DNA of 56,897 bases, the filler included, from Platydemus manokwari (lineage: Eukaryota), in assembly GCA_037951405.1 (NCBI GenBank). It is 5 parts of 5 records of this genome, joined end to end, with 100 filler letters (N's around TTAATTAATTAA, not from the genome) between each part and the next. Parts side by side here need not be neighbours in the genome. Positions count along the whole stretch, not along the records: positions 1 to 9,096 come from JBBMOY011299983.1; positions 9,197 to 19,561 come from JBBMOY011140216.1; 3 more parts are not named here. One strand, given 5' to 3'. Within the stretch, counting starts at the first letter, position 1, and every line of letters starts with the position of its first letter. Below the pieces are notes generated by a model that worked only from the letters and a program-made list of their open reading frames with translations, made no database searches and was not told the DNA's origin. The position numbers and the translations under genes are program-made. Of this stretch, positions 1 through 9,982 are shown piece by piece.

Positions 1-90
1 TTTATAAAATATTTTATTGATTTATTGATTATCTAATTATTTATAGAATATTTTATCGATTTATTGATTATCTAATTATTTATAGAATAT
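1..90. repeat. 39-bp AT-rich tandem repeat (~2.3 copies, degenerate beyond)
   Basis: Unit TTTATAGAATATTTTATCGATTTATTGATTATCTAATTA is repeated from position 1; related fragments (ATTATCTAATTA) recur to about 195. Confidence 0.7.
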
Positions 91-737
91 CTTGTTGATA
101 TATCATAATATTTATAAAATCATTGTTTAATAATTTATCGATTATCTAATTATTCATGAATTATTGATCAACATAATTGATTTATCTAATTACTCATCAA
201 TTATTATTTAAAATTTCGTAGCACACAATTATTTTTGAATTTTGGTTTTATAATACACCCGATATTGATAAATATTTGTCTTCTCCGTTAAATTAAAGAA
301 CTCCATTAATTGATCGATTAATATCGATGATATGAATTAGCTGAAAATCTAATATTGAATCTTATCTCTGATATGAATTGATTGATGGATGATGTTTATC
401 ACAAATAATACATGTTATCATTTATATATATAATGTTCTACTTATCTATCTGAACCAATAAATATGGGAGAATCATCATGTTTCCCACTAGCCATGTATA
501 ATAGTTGTAAAACATTACGAAATTCTGTTGATGTACTTTTATCAACAAAATCCACAGACCTTAGTTTCATTATACACACAATGTTGGATTGGAATAAATA
601 TTCTAAAATTAAATCACCACAACGTAATTAGTATAAAATAATATCGACAGAAACAAGTGTGTGCGACGGAAATAAAATATAAAATTATTTAATATAATTC
701 TATCAAATCCCGACAGTTATCAATGATTGAAACTCAC

Positions 738-1568
738 CTGAGTGTATACCAAAGGCACGTTAAACTCATTATAAATATGCAAGCTTTCTAGACTAGCTGT
801 AAAGGTTTGTATCATTGAAATGACACTGGAATCCGATTTTAAATATCCAGCTTTCGAGGCTCTTTGAATCAGTTTCGTTGACCACATCAGCGGTATAAGA
901 TAATTGGGCTTCATTGAATTCTTCTCAAAATGTTCAAACACTTCGATTTCTTCATCCATGATCAATTTTCCGTGATATTTCACAACAACTCCATCAGAAT
1001 TTATCTTGTTCATTCTCTCCCTGACCGTAACTGGTCTCGGTTTCTTGAATTTTGGAGTGTGTAGAAATCCAGTTTTATGGCCACCAACATTCACAGAAAG
1101 TCTGTCTTTGATTTTTTTACTGAGACTCATCATGGCCAATATCCAAGATAAATTCATGTAGCGAAGTAATGTTGAGCGAACACTTTTGCATTTCTCAGGA
1201 TCTCCTTCAGTGATAGTTGCTTGACAAGCAAAAGCTGGTTTCGTCATCCATGGAATAGAATTTACAATCGTCCACCATCTACCTAATACTGTGGACACAA
1301 AGAAACCAAGCAGAAAAGATAGCGGTACAATAGCTGCTGCTTTATTCATATATGCTACAAAAGCTTCGAATCTCTTCTTGTGAACAGGATGATCGATTAA
1401 ATAAAACTGATAGAGCATTGTGACGCCGACGTATGCCAGAACGAACCAAACGAAATCGGCCCATAATAATTTCCAAACACTGCTTTTCCAACAAATTAAT
1501 AACTTCAAGAATTTTATTCTCTCATTTAACGAGACAGCGGATAAATATTTCACGGCTTTCGTGTTCAT
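738..1568 (-). CDS. BEST: Bestrophin-family Ca2+-activated anion channel, first coding exon (277 codons); remaining exons lie beyond the left edge
   Basis: From ATG 1568 the translation has LLICWKSSVWKLLW, VPLSFLLGFFVSTVLGRWW, LLRYMNL, IPLMW and VPLVYTQ, all bestrophin hallmarks. The exon ends at CAG|GTGAGT (738/737), directly after PLVYTQ. The 28 codons upstream of 1568 in the ORF track are probably non-coding. Confidence 0.92.
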
Positions 1569-1979
1569 TTGCAGGAAAATTGTGTCAGCATCATAGTTAA
1601 AACTAATCCAATTATTCACATTTCTCTCATTGGATGTTATTTTTAGTAACAAATTCGGACAAATAGGATTTTAATTTTAAAATTTTAAAATTGTAAAAGT
1701 GTTGACTAAAGATTTTTGTTGAGTTTTCTGTACTTGTGTAATCGATTAATGTGAAGATTTGACGAATATTTGACATTACCGGATAATTTTGAAATCGATA
1801 GGGCTTGTATTGAAAAGAAACATTAAAAAAAACCACGTAGTCATAAATGGAGAAATCGTCTTTGTTGTTTTAATGCATCAATGCTAATTATGTTATTGGA
1901 AATATTAATAAAAATTCTTTGAATTAGAATGATTTTAAAAAATTTTCAATGTCGATTGAACTAGTGAAAAATAATAAAT

Positions 1980-1980
<1 letters not shown>

Positions 1981-2016
<36 letters not shown>
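1981..2016. repeat. (AAT)n microsatellite
   Basis: About 12 perfect TAA/AAT units. Similar tracts occur at ~2795-2840, 10230-10320, 11590-11640, 43542-43576 and 56790-56860. Confidence 0.9.
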
Positions 2017-2017
<1 letters not shown>

Positions 2018-3179
2018 TGACGAACAAACATAACCGAAACGAACATAAAATCTTATTGTAATTCTTATTATCTGGAATGGTTTCTTGATGCTTATGGTAG
2101 CTCTATAAAAATAATAACATTTGCCTACTATAATAATATATTATCATTAATTATAGCAATATAAATATAATTATAGTATACATAATAATAATAATTATAG
2201 TATACATAATAATAATAATTATGAAATCACTAATTTTAGTCAATTTTATAAAACACAGGACATTTCCATCTTACTTTAAAATGGATTCTGATGATAATTT
2301 TGCCAGTCGATATTGTTGACCGAATTTAAGAAAACATTTAATCGACGCCACCTCTCCATAATTTGATTTGATAACAAATATAATTCTAAATAAATTAAAA
2401 AAAAATAATAATCAAATGGAATTATTATTATAGACGAATTGGTTAACATAAATATTAGAGTAACATTTTGTTCTTGTTATTGGCATTCATGTACCAGATA
2501 AAGTGGTGACAGTAAAACTGGAACGAGATGATTTTTGTCTGTGAAGATCATGATAATATGAAAACAAATTGAAAGTACATTTTATATCAATGTGAGTAAA
2601 ATAGCCATGGGTTCAAATCATCCCAGAGCGAATTGTCGTGTCATGGATTTGTGATTCTAAAAGTCTCTTTTAAATCAGTCCATTGGTGATTTAATGGCGG
2701 TAATGATGATGTTAGAAATTTTAAAAATGATGATGATGATTTTCTATTGATTGATTAGCCGATTGTTTATTTTACTGGTTGGTTGGTTGATTGATGATGA
2801 TAATAATAATAATAATATTAATAATAATAATAATAATAACTACTTGAATTTACTGCAATGCTTCACGCAGAACAATTGTTTTTGTTTCCTTAAAATTAAT
2901 ATTTTCAAGTATAATTAGAGTTATTTTATTTCATTGGAATCTCAAAGATTAACTAAAGCATTTGTCCATTCATGTAGCTCCATTTATGTTAAATAATTTT
3001 AATTTGAGTTTTAATCTAAAAGGTTTCTTTATAAATTTATCATTGAAGTTTTCCCAGTGAATTCCCATTAATATAAATATTGCGGAAATTTCCTCGAATA
3101 ATATGATGCAAGAAAAATGTAATAAAATCTTTTATAAATCGAAATAAAACTCATAACAAGCATAAAAAATACAACAGTA

Positions 3180-6100
3180 ATGCATTCAAATGATCAGCAA
3201 TTCCTTGATGAGACTGCACTAAATGTTGAACATATCGTTGATGAATCTTCAGATGATTTAGAAATTATAGATTTAAGCAAACACAAATTCGATACTATCG
3301 ACTGGTTATATTCGGCACAAACAAGTTCACCAGGAGAAGAATTTGACTTAGATTTGACTTTTTCATTTAAAAATTTGAACTTTTCCAATACTAATTTGGA
3401 AACATTGATTTCAAAACTCAGTAAACATGGTGATAACAATAATAATGATCGATTAAGATCTATTGATCCACAAGACGAAAATACACTGAATAATTTCACT
3501 GAAATCTTACCGATCACATCTTATGAGCAGACTTCGAAATCATCAATCGGAAATACGAATAAATTTGTTGACGATACAGCAATTAATTCTATTTCTGAAG
3601 AACCAATGGAAGATTATGGAAATACACCGAAACCATTGGAGGAAGGCAATAACTCTAAAACGCATAACTCTAGATACTTCACTTTACTTGCTAGTATCAG
3701 TGAATCTATGGAGTCATTAAATGATTTTCTTTCTCACGAAGACCTGCTCTCAAAAGAAATCAAAGTTATTGAAGAATTCGTTCCATCAAATACAAATTCA
3801 ATCGACATTATTGAAAAAGAACAAGAAGAGCCAATTGATTGTCCGCAAATCGGTTTACCTTTTATAATTATGAGAGAACAATCAAAAGATAATGATCTTT
3901 ACCTCAATGAAAAAGATTCCGAATATGTTGAATTCATTTCTGAAGCTTTGGAAACAGAGCAGAATACAATGCAAACCATTGAGGAAGCCCATAATTACCC
4001 AGGACAAAATCAATCAGAACAGCATCGACATCAACAACAATCTGAAATAACTTGTTCAAGAGTCGACGATCTGATGAAAATTACTGATGAACTGCAAAAC
4101 AAGACAAATAATTGTTTGCCTTTCAAAATTCTTCATAAAGAATCAATAAATAACAATGATTTCAATGAAGAAGTCGTTTTCAAAAATGTTGAAGAATACA
4201 TGATATCAGCATACGATATAATGAAGACAATGGATGAACAACATGCTGAAAATAATTATATAGGAATTGGATTGCCATTCATAATTCTTCGTAAAGAATC
4301 AATAAATGACAATGATTTCAATGAAGAAGTCATTGTCAAAAATGTCGAATATTCTGAAGAAGTCGTTTCCGACAATGTTGAACATTTTGAAGAATACATG
4401 ACATCAGCATACGATATAATGAAGACAATGGATGAACAACATGCTGAAAATAATTATGTAGGAATTGGATTGCCATGCATATTTCTTCGTAAAAAATCAA
4501 TAAATGACAATGATTTCAATGAAGAAGTCGTTGTCAAAAATTTTGAAGAAGTTGTTTCCGACAATGTTGAAGAAGTTGTTTCCGACAATGTTGAACATTT
4601 TGAAGAATACATGACATCAAAATATGATATAATGAAGACAATGGATGAACAACACGCAGAAAATAATTATATAGGAATTGGATTGCCATTCATAATTCTT
4701 CGTAAAGAATCAATAAATGATAATGATTTCAATGAAGAAGTCATTGTCAAAAATGTCGAATATTCTGAAGAAGTCGTTTCCAAACATGTTGAACATGTTG
4801 AAGAATACATGACACCAGAACACGATGCAATGAGAACTATTACCGAACCACAACACATGACAAATAATAGTATAGGAATTGACTTACCTCGTAAAGAATC
4901 AATAAATGATAATGATTTCAATGAAGAAGTCGTTTTCAAAAATGTTGAAGAAGCTGTTTCCGACAATGTTGAAGAATACATATCATCAAAATACGATCAA
5001 ATGAAGACAGTGGATGAACAACACGCAGAAAATAATTATATAGGAATTGGATTGCCTTTTATAATTCTTCGTAAAGAATCAATAAATGATAATGATTTCA
5101 TTGAAGAAGCTTTTGTCGAAAATGTTAAAGAAGTTATTTCCGACAATATTGAAGAATACATGGCATCAAAATACGATCAAATGAAGACAGTTGATGAACT
5201 ACAAAACACGACAAATAATTTTGTAAGAATTGAATTACCTTTCACAATTCCTCGTAAAGAATCAATAAATGATAATTATTTCAATGAAGAAGTCGTTTTC
5301 AAAAATGATGAACATTTTGAAGAAGATATTTTCGAAAATGTTGAACACGTTGAAGAATACATGACACCAGAACACATTGCAATGAGAACTATTACCGAAC
5401 CACAACACATGACAAATAATTGTATAGAAATTGAATTACCGTTCATAATTCTTTGTAAAGAATCAATAAATGATAATGATTTCAAAGAAGAAGTCATTTC
5501 CAAAAATGGTGAGCATGCTGATCGAAACATGGAATCAGAACATGTTGTAATTGAAACTACTGATGAACTACAATACAGGACAAATAATTGTTCCAGAATT
5601 GAGTTATCTTACAGAACTCTTCCTAAAGAATCAATAAATGGAAATAATTTCAACGAAGAAGTCGTTTCCAAAAATGTTGAACATATTAACAAATACATGA
5701 CACCAGAACGCGATATAATGGGAACTATTGACGAACTACAACACATGACAAATAATTGTATAGGAATTGAATTACCTCTCACAATTTCACGTAAAGAATC
5801 AATAAATGATAATGATTTCAATGAAGAAGTCGTTTCCAAAAACAATGAACATGTTGAAGAAGATATTTTTGAATATGTTGAAAAATACATGACACCAGAA
5901 CAGGATGCAGTGAGAACAATTGACGAACCACAACTCATGACAATTAATTGTATCGGAATTGAATTACCTCTCACAATTTCTCCTAAAGAATCAATAAATG
6001 ATAATAATTTTAATGAAGAATTTGTTTCTAAAAATCTCGGCCCTGTAGAAAAATCAAATCTAACAGCACAGGATTCCATTGAAAATATTCAGGATACACT

Positions 6101-7520
6101 GCATCAAGAAATCGATTTTTCCAAAATTGACAAACCCTTCACAGACATTCCTAAAGAATCAATGCGTGATAATCTCACCGACGATGATTTAACTTCCAAA
6201 GATATTGAACTTTGTGAAGAAATCATCTCATCACACCCCAATACAACGCAAAATATCGATGAAGTGCAACAAAAGGTGATTGAAGTTTTAAGAGATGATT
6301 TACCTTCGATTGTTCCTCATCAAGAATCTGTTATATTTATTGAAAATCAAATATCAGCAGAAAATCTTAACTCTACCACAATTAAAAATTCAGAACATCA
6401 TTTACCTCCTGCTGTGAATAAATCAGCACAAATAAAGAATATCGCCACAAATGATCCCATTACATTAAATATTCCTTCCAATATGGATAAAGAAATAAAT
6501 TCAGTTAATGTACATCTTCATTCACCAAAGTCTCAACTAATTAGCTCAAATATGGAAAAAGAAAATTATTTAACGAAATCCATGAGCTCCAATCAGATAA
6601 ACAGTCAGACAATAAAAGAAACAACTAGAGATGAATCTCTGCCCAAAGAAGCTTCAACACGTCTACTGAATTCTCAAATTAATCAAAGCAAATCTCAAAC
6701 AAGAAAACCTCTAGAATTACCAACAATAAAATCGGGTTTGAAAATGCCTTCTGTCTATCCGAAGAATTCAAGTATTTTATCTAGAGATAAAATGATGACT
6801 AACAAAGAAGGAGTTTTAAGACAACCTCATAGTAATAATAACAATGTGAACGGCAATTTTCAGAATGCTTTTAGTGAAATATCCACCACAGATTCAAAAT
6901 ATTCTTCGACTGAAACATCCAGATCTTCTAGCATAATACAAGTTACAAGTTGTAATCAGCAGTATAGCATTTCTAAAACAATGGAATCTGTTGGCACATC
7001 AATCCCAGATGTGCAAAAACCTTTTGAATCAGTTTCCAAGGTCGCTAAAATAAAATCAGGGCTTAAACAACCGAATAACTATCAAGCAGGTGTTAAAAAG
7101 TCAAATCAAAACCATATCCCATCGAAACAAATCCAAACAACTCAATCGAAAAACCTCTCACATATCGCAACTATAAATAATAACCACACCAATTCTGTCC
7201 ATCATACATACAATCGAAAAGCCTTCAATATAGCTGTTTCCAACAGCAACAGTAATTCGTTAAAGATCTCCAACCAAAAGTTGAATAGTATGCAGTCAGA
7301 TAGCAATAACAATACGTTATCTAGTCAATCTTTGTTGTGGAAAGACCCTACCAAAATGGGTGTTTATCGAGCTGTTTTAGAAAAGGAAGAAAAAACAAAT
7401 AAGCTTATGGGTACTGGTCTAATTAACCAATCCATAACCCATCAAAGCATAAAAGCACCCTTTCAAAGAACAAAGCTTCCTCAAGCTAGATCCTTTGGTA
7501 TTCCTAAATCGAAAAAGTAA
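3180..7520 (+). CDS. Uncharacterised 1446-aa intronless protein: acidic N-terminus, 11-14 tandem 52-71 aa repeats, basic Ser/Asn/Lys-rich C-terminal tail
   Basis: A 4341-nt uninterrupted ORF in very AT-rich DNA, from ATG to TAA, with a downstream AATAAA (~7730). Repeat indels are all frame-preserving. No family is recognisable to me. Confidence 0.85.
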   Translation: MHSNDQQFLDETALNVEHIVDESSDDLEIIDLSKHKFDTIDWLYSAQTSSPGEEFDLDLTFSFKNLNFSNTNLETLISKLSKHGDNNNNDRLRSIDPQDENTLNNFTEILPITSYEQTSKSSIGNTNKFVDDTAINSISEEPMEDYGNTPKPLEEGNNSKTHNSRYFTLLASISESMESLNDFLSHEDLLSKEIKVIEEFVPSNTNSIDIIEKEQEEPIDCPQIGLPFIIMREQSKDNDLYLNEKDSEYVEFISEALETEQNTMQTIEEAHNYPGQNQSEQHRHQQQSEITCSRVDDLMKITDELQNKTNNCLPFKILHKESINNNDFNEEVVFKNVEEYMISAYDIMKTMDEQHAENNYIGIGLPFIILRKESINDNDFNEEVIVKNVEYSEEVVSDNVEHFEEYMTSAYDIMKTMDEQHAENNYVGIGLPCIFLRKKSINDNDFNEEVVVKNFEEVVSDNVEEVVSDNVEHFEEYMTSKYDIMKTMDEQHAENNYIGIGLPFIILRKESINDNDFNEEVIVKNVEYSEEVVSKHVEHVEEYMTPEHDAMRTITEPQHMTNNSIGIDLPRKESINDNDFNEEVVFKNVEEAVSDNVEEYISSKYDQMKTVDEQHAENNYIGIGLPFIILRKESINDNDFIEEAFVENVKEVISDNIEEYMASKYDQMKTVDELQNTTNNFVRIELPFTIPRKESINDNYFNEEVVFKNDEHFEEDIFENVEHVEEYMTPEHIAMRTITEPQHMTNNCIEIELPFIILCKESINDNDFKEEVISKNGEHADRNMESEHVVIETTDELQYRTNNCSRIELSYRTLPKESINGNNFNEEVVSKNVEHINKYMTPERDIMGTIDELQHMTNNCIGIELPLTISRKESINDNDFNEEVVSKNNEHVEEDIFEYVEKYMTPEQDAVRTIDEPQLMTINCIGIELPLTISPKESINDNNFNEEFVSKNLGPVEKSNLTAQDSIENIQDTLHQEIDFSKIDKPFTDIPKESMRDNLTDDDLTSKDIELCEEIISSHPNTTQNIDEVQQKVIEVLRDDLPSIVPHQESVIFIENQISAENLNSTTIKNSEHHLPPAVNKSAQIKNIATNDPITLNIPSNMDKEINSVNVHLHSPKSQLISSNMEKENYLTKSMSSNQINSQTIKETTRDESLPKEASTRLLNSQINQSKSQTRKPLELPTIKSGLKMPSVYPKNSSILSRDKMMTNKEGVLRQPHSNNNNVNGNFQNAFSEISTTDSKYSSTETSRSSSIIQVTSCNQQYSISKTMESVGTSIPDVQKPFESVSKVAKIKSGLKQPNNYQAGVKKSNQNHIPSKQIQTTQSKNLSHIATINNNHTNSVHHTYNRKAFNIAVSNSNSNSLKISNQKLNSMQSDSNNNTLSSQSLLWKDPTKMGVYRAVLEKEEKTNKLMGTGLINQSITHQSIKAPFQRTKLPQARSFGIPKSKK
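4110..6170 (+). repeat. Coding minisatellite within the 1446-aa ORF (unit ~156-213 bp)
   Basis: AAAGAATCAATAAATGA(T/C)AATGATTTCAATGAAGAAGTC-like anchor (KESINDNDFNEEV) recurs 11 times; a 12th copy (KESMRDN) is degenerate. Confidence 0.95.
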
Positions 7521-9096
7521 ACAATGATCAATAGTTCAGGCCAGATTCTCTAAAATAATGTTTAATCAAGACAATCATGATTAATATTATTCTTTAATAT
7601 ACAAGCTGAAATTGAATTGAACACAACGTATTTTTCAGTTTAATGTTTCTCAATATGTCTGCGACGAAATCTTAAATCTTATTTTAACATTGTTTCATAA
7701 ATACTAATACAGTATGAAGTATTAATAAGAATAAAATGCACGAACGATCTGTACATTGATATTGGTTTTATTTTGTATTGCCTTTCCTCTTAAAATAATG
7801 GTTTTCGTAGCTTATTTTAACGATTAATTGTGAGGAACATGTTCGTATGAAATCACGTGATGTTTTAAACTCCAAATTTATCTACTAGACTGATATTAAA
7901 GTTTAGTGAAATTATCTCGGGTTCCAATCAACCAATAATATTGGCAACGGTACCCAGCTTTTAAATAATTTTCGGTTTTTACCGGTTTTTTTAAATTCCT
8001 AAGGATTTGATTTGTTAAGTAATTTTAATATTTATTGTGCATAACTTCTAAGGTGCAATAATAGAAACAATAATAATAATTTAAATATAAATAAATAAAC
8101 AGTAATAAACAAAAATATATAATTGTAAAATGATGTAAAAATAATGATCAGTAATTGATTAGATATAAATTAACAAATATTCAATAAATAGTAATTATTA
8201 TTTGAGAAATAACCCGACTTTATTAATGTTTTAATTAAAGGCTATTTTTGTGAACACAAATTTTAATAGTCCCTTGAGCGGAGAGCTGCAAGACCCTTGA
8301 ATTTTAACTTATGATTGTTAGAACCCACAAAATCCGGCAATTGTATAGTTAAGAGAATCGAGCTTACACTAGATTTTAGGGGATTAATAAAAGAGTGATA
8401 GGACGAGCTCCAAGTCAGTATTAATTTAAACGTTTCGTAAAATAATCATTGAAAAATCCATATTAAAATAAATCCGTTAAAATAAGAAAAATTAAATTTA
8501 ATTTAGGACGATTGCCTTGAAAATAACTCCCCTTTTCTCGTTGTGATGATTTTGATAAATTAAAATTGATCATATATAATAGTTCTTATCTTGATTGGCA
8601 GAGTAGTGTCGACAATGATCTATTAACTGTGGATTTAGTTTAGTAGAACGATTATAAAATAATCAATATCTTGAAATAATTGTGGGCGCTTTTCTGACTA
8701 ATGTTTTCTTTTATAGGGATTCTTTTCTTCATTTTTAACGACATATCTTTTTTTATAATTTTTATATTTTATGTTTAGATTCTCAAGCCTTTTTCTCCTA
8801 ATCTTGGTACCCTCTCATTATTTTTCTATTTTTGGTATTAATATATTCAATTTATGTAATTTCTATTTTTGGATGCCTTTGATGCCTGGTTTTCTTGAAA
8901 TTTTTTTATATTATTGTATTATTATTTATCATGGGGTATTTGGTACCCAACAATATTATCACTATATAAACAATATGACAATGCATAATCAAAATCATCT
9001 CACCAACTACTAACAAAGATCATTTTGAAGCTCTATTCATAAGCTATCAAAATCAGTCAACATTGTTTGATTTGTTTATACGCATCATATTTGTTT

Positions 9097-9196
9097 NNNN
9101 NNNNNNNNNNNNNNNNNNNNNNNNNNNNNNNNNNNNNNNNTTAATTAATTAANNNNNNNNNNNNNNNNNNNNNNNNNNNNNNNNNNNNNNNNNNNN
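9097..9196. other. Artificial contig-joining spacer 1 (44N-TTAATTAATTAA-44N)
   Basis: Exactly 100 bp; the central 12-mer has stop codons in all six frames; identical to three other spacers. Confidence 0.97.
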
Positions 9197-9982
9197 TGTC
9201 TTTTGTGTAATGTCTGTTATGTAATCTGTAAGTTGCTTGAAAGTCACTTATTTGTTTGTCTCGTATGTAATATGTAGATTGCTTGGGAAAATGAACCTGG
9301 CTTTATGATCCTTACATGCCTGAGTAACACGCTCAATCCGCAATCTTTCTTCTTAAAATTTGAACTAATGATTTTGTTAAAACAAACATTTTTAGGAATG
9401 CATTTGATGTAAATTTTTTTGTTAACACTACAAGAAACCCACAAGTCCATCAAGCACTGGATATAAAGCTCATCACTGAAAACCTTCATGTCAGCCAAGT
9501 GATAGACTTTGGCTTCACATTACGTCAAATATTGTAGCTTTCTATATTTGTTGAAGGCAGCAACGTTTATTTTGATCGATATAACATCAGAGGTTAACAT
9601 TGCGATATAATATATATGAGATTATCTTATTGAATGTTTCACAGGAGTTTTCTGAGGATTTTAATAAAGATATAAACTAATAGCTACATACACGCTAGTT
9701 GATTTGATAGCCTGAACATTTCATTGGTCTCTAGAACGCAATTTGGCGTATTTAATTAATTATTACAAGTAAGCCATTGTTTGTCGTGATTATATGCTGG
9801 TGATTAAAAATGTTGGATTTGTAATTCATTCCAATGATAAATTTGTTGCTCGACATCCATTCGATGTCATTCGATTACACAGATCGCGAGTCAGCACAAT
9901 GTTTAGATCATAATGTTTATGATAATGAAATATTTTTAGAGATTATTTTTGATGATTAATATCGACTGATTAACATTGACAG

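Noticed and set aside
440-602. Possible next bestrophin exon after an AG at 603
   Set aside because: No frame gives the expected TM and acidic Ca-clasp (NPFGEDDDDF) sequence; the true exons are probably off the window.
3194-6079. Minus-strand ORFs (107, 104, 84, 156 aa) with repeated TSSLKSLSFIDSL
   Set aside because: Antisense shadows of the 1446-aa coding repeat.
4110-6170. Repeat-spacer-like pattern that could be mistaken for a CRISPR array
   Set aside because: The intervening sequences are homologous to each other, the units are multiples of 3 inside one ORF, there are no cas genes, and the context is eukaryotic.
9200-9830. Possible Gypsy integrase traces (SPAYNH..NG) on the minus strand; similar hint near 17520-17840
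   Set aside because: Too decayed to support without a profile search.
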